Assembly: GCA_964476325.1 (NCBI GenBank)
Contig: CAYYYM010000001.1
Span: forward strand, 1 to 44,578
Source of the DNA: an uncultured Candidatus Saccharibacteria bacterium
Lineage (GTDB): Bacteria > Patescibacteriota > Minisyncoccia > UBA6257 > GWB1-50-10
Reading direction: 5' to 3'
DNA length: 44,578 bases
Part shown: positions 9,889 to 18,405 of the stretch, in pieces
Numbering within the stretch: position 1 is the stretch's first letter
Layout of the letters: each line of letters opens with the position of its first letter
Notes under the pieces: model-generated
Seen by the model: the letters and a program-made list of their open reading frames with translations, nothing else
Told to the model about the DNA's origin: nothing
The model's database searches: none
Program-made: the position numbers and the translations under genes

Positions 9889-11478
9889 GTCCGTTTCCAG
9901 CACCCGCACTTTCCTCACGTACCATGCCGCCACGTTGTCGAAACGGTCAGCCGGCGTCGTCAGCCGCTTCTCCGGACCGAATCCTCCCAGCCGCTCGTCG
10001 TGCACGTACGCGTACGGCACGGTGTACAGGAACACCGCCGGCGAGTCCGCCACGATGTCCGCCACGGCCTCTTCAAACATCTTTTTCCGTTCCACCTCGT
10101 CGGTTTCCTGCCGGATGTCCTCCAGGAGCGTGTCCACGCGCTTGTCCGAGAAGAGCGCGAGGTTCAGGCCGGGGTAGAAACGCTCCGAGGAGTGCCAGAA
10201 CGGGAAGAGGTCATAGGGGTGCTCCAGGACGTTCCCGAAGAGCACCGCTTCGTAGTTGCGCTCCCTCACGACGCGATTCATGAACGTCTCTTCGTCGAGG
10301 GGCACGAGGCGCACCGTACTCACTCCCGCCCGCTCCCACGCGCCCTTTACGAACGCCGCGGTCCGTGCGAGGAAGCCGACGTCCGGATACGCGAGCTCGA
10401 TCTGCAACGGCCCCTCCGTTTCCGCGAGCGCGCGGATGGTCGACGAGGCGCGCTCCGGGTCGGCCGCCTCCGTCCCCGCGTCGTACGGGTCCGGACCGTC
10501 GACCGGCACCGCTCCCGACTGGAACACCGTCTTTACCAGTTCGTCCTTGTCCACCGCCTGGCGCAGCGCTTCGCGGAACGCTTCATTCCCCAGCACCGTC
10601 TTCGCCCGCGGATTGAGAAACACCGCATAGTAGCTTGCCGTATCCACGTCGTCAACCGCTCCCCGCAGGGGGCGCTCCGTCTCAGGCAGAGAAAACGCGC
10701 CGAAGCCGTCGATCGCCCGCCGCCGGTACGCGTCCGTGAGCTCCTTCTCGTTTTCGTAAAACCGGATGACGAACTTCTTGATGAAGGGAGCGGTCCCCTC
10801 GTAGGCATCGTTGCGCACCAGGCGGTACTCGGTGATGAAGCCGTCGCGGCGCTTCACGAACCCCTCCACCCGGTACGGACCGCTCGCGAGCGGTTCGAGG
10901 TTGTAGGCGGAGAGCCGCAGGTTCGCCGGCGGCAGATGACCGAATATGTGGCGCGGGACGAGCCGCAAGTCCCGCAGCGTGTCTCCGAAGAAAACGTACG
11001 GCGAGGGGAGCGTGAATGTCACCCGCAGCTCGCTCACGCGTTCCGCGATGACGCCCTCGAAACTCTGATACCGCGGCGACTGCGTCTCGGGACTCTGAAT
11101 CATGCTCACCGTGAAGATGAGGTCGTCGCTCGTCAGCGGCATGCCGTCCTCCCACGTGAGCCCTTCCTTCAGCTTCACCGTGTACACCCGCCCGTCCTTC
11201 ACGCTCACGTCTTCCGTGAAATCGCCCAGTGTGCCGTAGACGAGGGCGACGAGGGATTCGTCGACGGAATTCGCCGCGATGACGGGGTTCAACGCCGTCG
11301 GCTGACCGATCATACCCTCCGTATACGTGCCGCCCGGCGCCGCGACGACGATGCTTTTCTCGTCTATGACGAGCGAGGCCTTCGCCACGCTCGCGACGAG
11401 GAAGACGCCGAGTGCGACAAGCGCCGCCACGCGTTCCCTGTGTGAAAAGGTTCTGACCAAGCGTCGGATGATGTGCAT
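9859..11478 (-). CDS. ABC-transporter substrate-binding protein, family 5 (peptide/nickel type)
   Basis: 539 aa; N-terminal anchor VAALVALGVFLVASVA, then GGTYTEGMIGQPTALNPV and the general SBP_bac_5 look. The last 10 codons and the TAG stop lie inside tRNA-Leu. No permease or ATPase is nearby. Confidence 0.8.
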   Translation of the reverse strand: MHIIRRLVRTFSHRERVAALVALGVFLVASVAKASLVIDEKSIVVAAPGGTYTEGMIGQPTALNPVIAANSVDESLVALVYGTLGDFTEDVSVKDGRVYTVKLKEGLTWEDGMPLTSDDLIFTVSMIQSPETQSPRYQSFEGVIAERVSELRVTFTLPSPYVFFGDTLRDLRLVPRHIFGHLPPANLRLSAYNLEPLASGPYRVEGFVKRRDGFITEYRLVRNDAYEGTAPFIKKFVIRFYENEKELTDAYRRRAIDGFGAFSLPETERPLRGAVDDVDTASYYAVFLNPRAKTVLGNEAFREALRQAVDKDELVKTVFQSGAVPVDGPDPYDAGTEAADPERASSTIRALAETEGPLQIELAYPDVGFLARTAAFVKGAWERAGVSTVRLVPLDEETFMNRVVRERNYEAVLFGNVLEHPYDLFPFWHSSERFYPGLNLALFSDKRVDTLLEDIRQETDEVERKKMFEEAVADIVADSPAVFLYTVPYAYVHDERLGGFGPEKRLTTPADRFDNVAAWYVRKVRVLETDGDVAERQTR

Positions 11479-11484
11479 ACCTTT

Positions 11485-11694
11485 TTAATGCGCCAGATTC
11501 AGCACGGAGAACACCGCAAAGAGCATCGCGACGACGATCGTCGCCCAGAACATAACTTTGCCGATGCCGCGCTTCGTTTGATACGGCGCAGCCGCGCCGC
11601 CGCCGCCGAGCGCCCCCAGGCCGCTCCCCCGCTCCTGCAAGAGTACCAGGACGGTGAGGATGACGGCGCTTATGACCTGCAATACGGTTATCAT
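11485..11694 (-). CDS. secG: preprotein translocase subunit SecG
   Basis: 69 aa with two TM helices and the LLQERGSGLGALGGGG motif typical of SecG. Confidence 0.8.
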   Translation of the reverse strand: MITVLQVISAVILTVLVLLQERGSGLGALGGGGAAAPYQTKRGIGKVMFWATIVVAMLFAVFSVLNLAH

Positions 11695-11701
11695 GTTCCG
11701 G

Positions 11702-12718
11702 TTACGCTTTCAGTTTGTCTCTCACAGCGTTCTCTATGTCCTTCAGGAGTTTCTTGTTTTCGGCGAGCGTTTCAATCGCCTTGTCGAATCCCGCTCCGAG
11801 TTTCTCTTCGCCGAAACGATAACTTGCACCCGAACGGGTGATGATGCCGTGCTTCAGCCCCGCATTCAAGACGTCTCCTTCATAGGAAATACCCTTTCCG
11901 TATATGATGTCAAACTCCGCGGCGCGGAACGGCGGCGCCACCTTGTTTTTCACCACCTTCACGACCACCCGGTTTCCCACCACCTCGTCGCCGCGCTTGA
12001 TTTGCGCTTTCCGCCGTATCTCGAGGCGCACCGAGGCGTAGAATTTGAGCGCCCGGCCGCCCGGCGTCGTTTCCGGATTGCCGAACATGACGCCGATTTT
12101 CATCCTGATCTGGTTTATGAAAATGATGATGGTGCCCGTCTTCGCCGCCGCGGCGGTGATTTTGCGGAGCGCCTGGCTCATGAGACGCGCCTGTAAGCCG
12201 ATGTGCTTGTCTCCCATCTCCCCCTCGAGCTCCTCGCGGGGCGTGAGCGCCGCCACCGAGTCAACCACTACGATGTCGATGACGCCGGATTTCACCATGT
12301 CTTCCATGATATTCAGTGCCTCTTCGCCGCTCCCCGGCTGGGAGATAAGGATGTCCTTGACCCGCACGCCGATGCGCCGCGCGTACTCCGGGTCGAGCGC
12401 GTGCTCCACGTCGATGAAGGCCACGCCGCCGCCCCGCTTCTGCGCTTCGGCGACCGCATGCAGCGCCAAGGTCGTCTTGCCCGACGACTCGGGACCGTAA
12501 ATCTCAATGACCCGGCCGCGCGGCAAGCCGCCGACGCCGAGCGCCAGGTCGAGCGAGAAGGACCCCGACGGTATCGTTTCAACCTGCACCCGGTCCCAGC
12601 TGCCGAGGCGCATGACCGCTCCTTCCCCGAAGCGCGACTGGAGGGCGTTTACCAGCTCTTCGAGCCGGTCCGTTTCCTCTTTATTCTCCCTGTCCTCTTT
12701 CTTGGGGGATTGTTTCAT
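11702..12718 (-). CDS. recA: recombinase RecA
   Basis: [19 protein letters not shown] Walker [11 protein letters not shown], and high overall similarity to RecA. Confidence 0.97.
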   Translation of the reverse strand: MKQSPKKEDRENKEETDRLEELVNALQSRFGEGAVMRLGSWDRVQVETIPSGSFSLDLALGVGGLPRGRVIEIYGPESSGKTTLALHAVAEAQKRGGGVAFIDVEHALDPEYARRIGVRVKDILISQPGSGEEALNIMEDMVKSGVIDIVVVDSVAALTPREELEGEMGDKHIGLQARLMSQALRKITAAAAKTGTIIIFINQIRMKIGVMFGNPETTPGGRALKFYASVRLEIRRKAQIKRGDEVVGNRVVVKVVKNKVAPPFRAAEFDIIYGKGISYEGDVLNAGLKHGIITRSGASYRFGEEKLGAGFDKAIETLAENKKLLKDIENAVRDKLKA

Positions 12719-13397
12719 GATTTACATCCGCGCTCGTACTCGTGCCGGTCGCCGGCGCGTTCCGGAAGAATACGTAGCGCGTGGTTTGGCTTACCCTGCC
12801 CAGCATTCCCTGCAGTTCAAACACAATCGCGTTCATGCCCGGAGAGAGATTGACGTCTTTGGTAAACGATCCGTTCTTGTCAGGGTACACCTCGGCGCCG
12901 TTGATTGTCAACGTCACGTTTTCACCGATGCTTCCCTTGACCGGCAGCGTGGAGGTCGTGACCACGATTGTCTCGTCGCCCAGGTTGTCTATGCGCAGCG
13001 CCTTCGCGATGTCCGCGGAGCGGTACGCGCTCAGTAGAAAATATCCCGCGACGCCGACGAGTAGGACGACGGCAACAATCGCCGGCAGGTGCACCCGCTT
13101 CAGCACGAAGCGGTTCGGAGGCAGTTTGTCGCGCTCGCCCGATTTCTTGATATCCTTCTTTTCCTTGAAATACGCCTGCCACAGCCCCTCGCCGTCCATG
13201 TCCAGGATTTTCCCGATGCGCACGACGTAGCCGTGGAGGTACGGCGATGGCGGCAGTTCGTCGTACCGCTCTTCGAGCATCAGCGAGATGAAGCGGTCGG
13301 AAATGCCGGTCTCTTTGGCGAGCCGTTCCACCGAATACCCGCGGGCGCGCATCGTGTCCCGCAAGAGCGTCGTAAACGTTTCCGGTTCCTCATTCAT
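12681..13397 (-). CDS. helix-turn-helix membrane protein, RodZ-like
   Basis: N-terminal XRE-type HTH ([19 protein letters not shown]), central TM helix [19 protein letters not shown], and a C-terminal beta-rich domain. It overlaps the recA start by 38 nt and the ftsK stop by 8 nt. Confidence 0.6.
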   Translation of the reverse strand: MNEEPETFTTLLRDTMRARGYSVERLAKETGISDRFISLMLEERYDELPPSPYLHGYVVRIGKILDMDGEGLWQAYFKEKKDIKKSGERDKLPPNRFVLKRVHLPAIVAVVLLVGVAGYFLLSAYRSADIAKALRIDNLGDETIVVTTSTLPVKGSIGENVTLTINGAEVYPDKNGSFTKDVNLSPGMNAIVFELQGMLGRVSQTTRYVFFRNAPATGTSTSADVNHETIPQERGQGE

Positions 13398-15504
13398 ACA
13401 CTTCTCTCGGTTTCGATCCTTCCTGGGGGCCGACGATACCCCGTTCTTCCATCATATCAAGCAGGCGCGCGGCGCGGGAGTAGCCGACGCGCAGCCGCCG
13501 CTGCAGGAGCGACGCCGACGCCTTCTTCGCCTCACGCACCACTTCCACCGCCTGCGCGTACAGTTCATCCTCTTCATCTTCCTCCCCGAACGACGCGAAA
13601 TCAACGTCTTCCAGGCGGGCGGCCTCCCCGTCCCCCTCGAGCGTGAATTCACCTTCCGGCGGGGGCGCCGCTTCGTTGTTTTTCTTTATGTACCCGACGA
13701 CGTTCCGCACCTCGCTCTCTTCCACGAAGGCACCCTGGACCCGCTCCCGTTTGTTCCCGTCAGCTGGCGCATAGAGCATGTCCCCGTTTCCCAGGAGCTT
13801 CTCCGCTCCGGCGGCATCGAGAATGGTCCGGGAGTCGATCTGGCTCGCCACCTGCAGCGCGATGCGTGAGGTGATGTTCGCTTTAATGAGGCCGGTAATC
13901 ACTTCCACCGACGGGCGCTGCGTAGAAACGACGAGGTGGATGCCGACGGCGCGCGACATCTGCGCGAGGCGGACGATGGCGCCCTCGACTTCCCTGCCGT
14001 ACGAAGCCATCAGGTCGGCGAGCTCATCGATGACGATGACGATATAGGGCATATCGTCCTTGCCGTACTTTTTGTGAAACGTTTCGATGTCGCGCACACC
14101 GCGGGCGAGGAGTACGTCATAGCGTTTTTCCATCTCGCTGATGGCCCACTTCAGGGCGCCCACCGCTTTCTTGTTTTCGGTGATGACCGGCGAGACGAGA
14201 TGCGGGAGCCCTTCATATATAGAAAGCTCGACCCGCTTCGGGTCCACGAGGATGAGCCGCACCTCCCCGGGGCCGTTCTTGTACAGGAGCGAGAGGAGTA
14301 TGGCGTGAATCGTGATGCTCTTGCCGCTCCCCGTCGCGCCCGCCACGAGGAGGTGCGGCATCTTCGCGATATTGCCGAAGACGGCTTCGCCGTTCACGCC
14401 GCGGCCGAGCGCGAAACTCAGTGCCGGCGCATTCGCGAAGCGCGACGACTTCAGGAGACTCCCCAGGTGCACGAGCGCCGCCGATTTGTTCGGTACCTCG
14501 ATGCCTACGAGCGACTGTCCCGGTATCGGCGCCTCGATGCGCACCGGGTGCGCCGCCAAGGCGAGTGCCAGGTCCTGACCGAGCGCCGTGATGCGCGAGA
14601 GTCGCACTCCTTCCGCCGGCTTCAGCGTGTAGCGGGTTACCGTCGGTCCCACCTCAATTTCTCCCATCTCAACCGGTATGTCGAAGCTCGTGAGCGTCCG
14701 CCTAATGATGTTCGCGTTCGCCTTCAGGTCGCCCGTCGTCGGCTTCCCCACCGAGGACGTCAGGAGCTTCAGAGGCGGGGCGTTGTACGCGCCACTCTGT
14801 CGTTTCATGCCTCCCGCGAGCGTGCCGTCAAATTCTTCCTCCGGCACCGGTTCCCGCACCGACACTTCCGGCGCGTCCCGCTTTTCTTTTTTTCCGATGC
14901 CGATGTTCCGCGCCGGCTTTTCCGTCTCTTCTTCCGCTTCCTCTTCCTCCGCCTCGCCGGTCGCTATCACGACGTCCCGTTCCTCTTCTCCCCGTTCTTC
15001 GCGCTTCCGCTCGCGGCGTTCCTTGAGCGCCGTCATAAGTCCCAGGGGCTTGTTTACCATCACGAGTCCCGAGACGATGATGAAGGCGCCCGTCAGGACG
15101 ATGGCTGCCGGTTTACCGAACGGCACCTCGAGCGTTCCCATCAATTCTCCCGTGAGTCCGCCGCGCGCCGGCGAGACGATGTCGAGCAACCCGAGGCCCG
15201 AGAGGACGAAGAGCGTCGCGCCGATGATCGTCGTCGACGCGAACACCCGCTCACTGCCGATGAAGGAGATGGCGAGGACGAAGAGCGTCAGGGGGAGGAG
15301 ATAGTAGCCCCAGCCGAACGCGTACGTGAAGGCGCGGTATATGCCTGCGCCGACCGGTCCGGCCTGACCCGCCGCCGAGAGGACGAGGAGTAGTGCTGCC
15401 GCAACGCATGCAACGATCCAAATGTGCTTCTTGATTTCAGGATGAAGTTTCAGTTTCCGTTCTTCCTTCTCCTTCTTCCCCTTCTTACTTTTCTTCGCAG
15501 CCAT
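13390..15504 (-). CDS. ftsK: DNA translocase FtsK
   Basis: N-terminal TM helices, an acidic linker, motor domain with LLVAGATGSGKS, and a C-terminal gamma winged helix (SLLQRRLRVGYSRAARLLDMMEERGIVGP). Confidence 0.93.
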   Translation of the reverse strand: MAAKKSKKGKKEKEERKLKLHPEIKKHIWIVACVAAALLLVLSAAGQAGPVGAGIYRAFTYAFGWGYYLLPLTLFVLAISFIGSERVFASTTIIGATLFVLSGLGLLDIVSPARGGLTGELMGTLEVPFGKPAAIVLTGAFIIVSGLVMVNKPLGLMTALKERRERKREERGEEERDVVIATGEAEEEEAEEETEKPARNIGIGKKEKRDAPEVSVREPVPEEEFDGTLAGGMKRQSGAYNAPPLKLLTSSVGKPTTGDLKANANIIRRTLTSFDIPVEMGEIEVGPTVTRYTLKPAEGVRLSRITALGQDLALALAAHPVRIEAPIPGQSLVGIEVPNKSAALVHLGSLLKSSRFANAPALSFALGRGVNGEAVFGNIAKMPHLLVAGATGSGKSITIHAILLSLLYKNGPGEVRLILVDPKRVELSIYEGLPHLVSPVITENKKAVGALKWAISEMEKRYDVLLARGVRDIETFHKKYGKDDMPYIVIVIDELADLMASYGREVEGAIVRLAQMSRAVGIHLVVSTQRPSVEVITGLIKANITSRIALQVASQIDSRTILDAAGAEKLLGNGDMLYAPADGNKRERVQGAFVEESEVRNVVGYIKKNNEAAPPPEGEFTLEGDGEAARLEDVDFASFGEEDEEDELYAQAVEVVREAKKASASLLQRRLRVGYSRAARLLDMMEERGIVGPQEGSKPREVYE

Positions 15505-15530
15505 TTTCCTTATTAAAGCCCAAGTGGGGG

Positions 15531-15562
15531 AAAAATAAAAGCCCTGACTTTTCAGTCAGGGC
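15531..15562 (-). terminator. intrinsic terminator after the adenosyltransferase gene
   Basis: On the minus strand: GCCCTGAC, 6-nt loop, GTCAGGGC, then TTTTATTTTT (plus-strand A tract 15531..15540). Confidence 0.55.
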
Positions 15563-15593
15563 ACGCTCTCCGTTACATTTCTCCCTCTCTCTG

Positions 15594-16139
15594 TCAAGCG
15601 TCGTACTGCGGCGCTTCTTCCTTCTTCCCCTCCCGATATGCGGCACTGCGCGCGAGGACGTAGAGAAACGACGAGAGCCTGTTCAGGTACGCTGGGAGGT
15701 CTCCTTCGCAAAACCCCGGCTTCTGCACGATGCAGAGTTTCACGAAACTCCGCTCAGCCCGCCGCGCCACCGTCCGAGCCACGTCGCAGAGCGCGCTCAG
15801 CTCACTTGCCCCCGGGACGATGAACGACTGCGGGAGCCGCACCTCCCGCTCAATCTGCTCGATGAGAAACTCGAGGCGCTCCAGGTGACCCCGCTTGACC
15901 CGCTTGTCCGCACCGGCAATCTGCGCCTGGGCGGTAAACAGCACCTCCTGAACTTCGCGCACCATGTCGTGCGTGTCGTCGTATCCCCCGCTTCTCATCT
16001 TCGCCCGGCAGAGTCCCATCACCGAGTTCAGCTCGTCAATATCCCCCAAGACCATCGTCGTCGGGGAATCCTTCGTCACTTCCCGGCTGCAGTTCCTTAT
16101 TCTCGTCTTTCCCCCGTCACCCTTCCTCGTATAATGCAT
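15594..16139 (-). CDS. PduO-type ATP:cob(I)alamin adenosyltransferase
   Basis: YTRKGDGGKT, LGDIDELNSVMG, FIVPGASELSALCDVARTVARRAER, YLNRLSSFLYVLAR. Confidence 0.8.
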   Translation of the reverse strand: MHYTRKGDGGKTRIRNCSREVTKDSPTTMVLGDIDELNSVMGLCRAKMRSGGYDDTHDMVREVQEVLFTAQAQIAGADKRVKRGHLERLEFLIEQIEREVRLPQSFIVPGASELSALCDVARTVARRAERSFVKLCIVQKPGFCEGDLPAYLNRLSSFLYVLARSAAYREGKKEEAPQYDA

Positions 16140-16257
16140 ACGTCCTCAGCATACCTCCAAATCCCCCGAATATCCACATCGACCGAGACTGTGTCTTTTA
16201 CTTGACTGTGACATTGAAACATTGTGAAACATGGTTTTTGCCCCTTTTTGCGTGTTT

Positions 16258-16280
16258 TTGATGGGAACTTAGTCCCAATT
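16258..16280. repeat. 23-nt motif copy A (TTGATGGGAACTTAGTCCCAATT)
   Basis: 20/23 identical to the reverse complement of 26221..26243 inside tsaD, and 17/23 identical to 16624..16646 inside the transposase ORF (hand alignment, no gaps). Confidence 0.6.
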
Positions 16281-16286
16281 CGTGAA

Positions 16287-16310
16287 AAAATGTTTCTGCA
16301 GAAACATTTT
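16287..16310. repeat. 24-bp perfect palindrome AAAATGTTTCTGCAGAAACATTTT
   Basis: Read directly. Stem plus flanking T/A runs give it bidirectional terminator-like character. Confidence 0.9.
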
Positions 16311-16340
16311 ATCCACAAGTTCTGACCGTTTCAGAGTGTT

Positions 16341-16380
16341 TTTTGCAGAAAATGTTTCTGCAGAAACATTTTCTGCAAAA
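16341..16380. repeat. 40-bp perfect palindrome TTTTGCAGAAAATGTTTCTG|CAGAAACATTTTCTGCAAAA
   Basis: Read directly. It shares the 20-bp core AATGTTTCTGCAGAAACATT with 16287..16310. The half-palindrome is 6/20 G+C. Confidence 0.9.
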
Positions 16381-16425
16381 TTCCTTCATAAAAGTGTCAC
16401 GACAGAAACATTTTTCCTCCATTTA

Positions 16426-16434
16426 TGATATAAT
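16426..16434 (+). promoter_or_regulatory. extended -10 box TGATATAAT, 12 nt before the transposase ATG
   Basis: Sequence match to TGnTATAAT. There is no SD between it and the ATG at 16447. Confidence 0.45.
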
Positions 16435-16446
16435 CAGACAAGAATC

Positions 16447-17103
16447 ATGAGAAACTTGAAGTTTTCGGATGGTGGCATCTACCACATCTTCAACCGGGGC
16501 GTCGACAAGCGGGAGATATTTGATAACGATGCCGATCGCCTCCGCTTCATTTATACTACATTCCTCGTGAATAATGAGAGTCCTACATCCAACCTGGGGC
16601 GTGATTTCTCCCGGTTGAACCACTTGATTGAGACTAAGTTCCAATCGGTGGTACCGGTCGTGGAGATACTCGCATTCGTGCTGATGCCCAACCATTTCCA
16701 TCTCGCCGTGCGGCAGGTGAGCGAGGGGGGTGTGAGCAAGTTTATGCAAAAGCTGGGGCTTGCGTACACGAACTATTTCAACAAGCGGAATGGGCGCTCG
16801 GGAGCACTTTTCGAAGCGACGTTTCGGGCGGTGCCGGTCACGACTGACGTGCAGCTCTACGAGCTTTTCTTCTACATCCACGCCGCGAATCCGCGGGCGC
16901 TCGTGGGAGACGCCGACCCGCTCTCGTTCGTGCGTTCGTACCGGTGGAGCAGTCTGCCTGACTATCTCGGGACCGGGAACTTTCCGCGTTTCACGGAGCG
17001 GGAGTTTTTCCACCGTGAAATCGGCGACCGGCGGAAGGTCGCCGCGGAGCTCGAGTCCTGGCTGCGCGCCAATCCGCGCCCGGTTGACATCGGACCATCC
17101 TGA
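16447..17103 (+). CDS. IS200-like / REP-associated (RAYT-type) Y1 HUH tyrosine transposase
   Basis: 218 aa; GGIYHIFNRGVDKREIF, HUH motif LMPNHFHLAV, GALFEATFRAV, catalytic-Tyr motif FFYIHAANP, and YRWSSLPDYLG. This is the pattern of the COG1943/Y1_Tnp family. No tnpB is adjacent. Confidence 0.85.
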   Translation: MRNLKFSDGGIYHIFNRGVDKREIFDNDADRLRFIYTTFLVNNESPTSNLGRDFSRLNHLIETKFQSVVPVVEILAFVLMPNHFHLAVRQVSEGGVSKFMQKLGLAYTNYFNKRNGRSGALFEATFRAVPVTTDVQLYELFFYIHAANPRALVGDADPLSFVRSYRWSSLPDYLGTGNFPRFTEREFFHREIGDRRKVAAELESWLRANPRPVDIGPS

Positions 17104-17126
17104 GCGTATACTGACGTTATTGTGTG

Positions 17127-17154
17127 AATCCGCTCTTTGAGCGGATTTGTTTTT
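17127..17154 (+). terminator. intrinsic terminator after the transposase gene
   Basis: AATCCGCTC, loop TTT, GAGCGGATT, followed by TGTTTTT. Confidence 0.65.
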
Positions 17155-17171
17155 AGGCGTAACATAATCAT

Positions 17172-18386
17172 ATGGACTTGAAATCACTTGCCGTTGCGGT
17201 CGAACAGATTGCCGCCGACCGGGGCCTCGCTCCCGAGCGGGTCATCGAGGTCATCGAATCGGCGCTCGCGAGCGCATACAAAAAAGAATACCGGAAACGC
17301 TCCGAAGTCGTGCGCGCGACGTTTGATGCGGAAACCGGCGACACGAAATTCTTTCTCGTGAAGACCGTCGTTGACCCGTCGCAGGTACGGATGGAAGCGG
17401 CGGATGAAACTGAAGAACCCGCCGTCCTCACGGAAGGGGAGTTGCCGCGGTTCAATCCGGACCGGCATATCCTCCTCGAAGAGGCACGGCAGACGAAGCC
17501 GGACGCCGTGCCGGGCGAAGACCTGCTTTTCCCGCTTGAAGACCAGCAGGACTTCGGCCGCATCGCCGCGCAGACCGCGAAGCAGGTAATTCTGCAGAAC
17601 ATCCGCGACGCGGAGCGCGAATCGGTGCGTGCCGAGTTTGCCGATAAGGAGTGGCAGATTGTGAGCGGTGTCATCCAGCAGTACGAGCGCGGGCACGTGT
17701 ATGTCGATCTCGGGCGCGCGAGCGGTGTCATGTTCCAAAACGAATGTATTCCCGGCGAGCGGTACCAACCGGGGCAGCGCATGCGGTTCCTCGTCATCGC
17801 GGTGCAGGAAGAGGAACACCGCCGGCCCGGCATCATCCTCTCGCGCGGGCATCCGCTCTTTGTGCAGAAGCTCTTCGAGCTCGAGGTGCCCGAAATCGGC
17901 GAAGGGGCGGTGGAGATAAAGAAGATTGCGCGGGAAGCCGGTTCGCGCACGAAGGTTGCCGTCGTGTCGCACGAGGAAGGCATCGACGCCGTCGGCGCCA
18001 TGGTCGGGCAGCGGGGGAGCCGCATTATGGCCGTCATCAACGAACTCGGCAACGAGAAGATTGACGTCGTCGAGTGGAGCGACGACATCGCTGCATACAT
18101 CGGCAACGCCCTGTCACCGGCGAAAGTGGCTGACGTCGAGACGCGCGAGCGGCGCGAAGCGCTTGTGCTCGTCCCCGAAGACCAGCTTTCCCTTGCCATT
18201 GGCCGGGGTGGGCAAAACGTCCGGCTGGCGGCGAAATTGACCGGCTGGAAGATCGACGTGCGCTCGGCGGCGCGTCCCGAGGAGCTGCAGGAGGGAGGCG
18301 TGGCGCATGCACCGGAAGCCGGAGTCGTGCAAGCCGAAGACGAATCGGAAGCAGAATCGGAAACAGAGTCGGAACGTGAAGATTAA
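17172..18386 (+). CDS. nusA: transcription termination/antitermination factor NusA
   Basis: N-terminal domain, S1 (GHVYVDLGRASGVMFQNECIPGERYQPGQRMRF), two KH domains (GAMVGQRGSRI; LAIGRGGQNVRLAAKLTGWKIDV), and an acidic tail. Confidence 0.93.
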   Translation: MDLKSLAVAVEQIAADRGLAPERVIEVIESALASAYKKEYRKRSEVVRATFDAETGDTKFFLVKTVVDPSQVRMEAADETEEPAVLTEGELPRFNPDRHILLEEARQTKPDAVPGEDLLFPLEDQQDFGRIAAQTAKQVILQNIRDAERESVRAEFADKEWQIVSGVIQQYERGHVYVDLGRASGVMFQNECIPGERYQPGQRMRFLVIAVQEEEHRRPGIILSRGHPLFVQKLFELEVPEIGEGAVEIKKIAREAGSRTKVAVVSHEEGIDAVGAMVGQRGSRIMAVINELGNEKIDVVEWSDDIAAYIGNALSPAKVADVETRERREALVLVPEDQLSLAIGRGGQNVRLAAKLTGWKIDVRSAARPEELQEGGVAHAPEAGVVQAEDESEAESETESERED

Positions 18387-18405
18387 CTAACCGTCACCTT
18401 AATAT

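Larger units (their letters stand above)
16200..17154 (+). mobile_element. possible IS200-like unit or domesticated RAYT locus (boundaries uncertain)
   Basis: A Y1 transposase gene is preceded by an AT-rich hairpin field and followed by a hairpin. No direct repeats or a second copy were seen in the window. Confidence 0.4.

Noticed and set aside
16200-16420. Repeated GAAACAT / CAGAAACATTTT units, considered as a possible mini-CRISPR array.
   Set aside because: The repeats are 7-12 nt, irregularly spaced and partly inverted, and they form palindromes. No cas genes are present.
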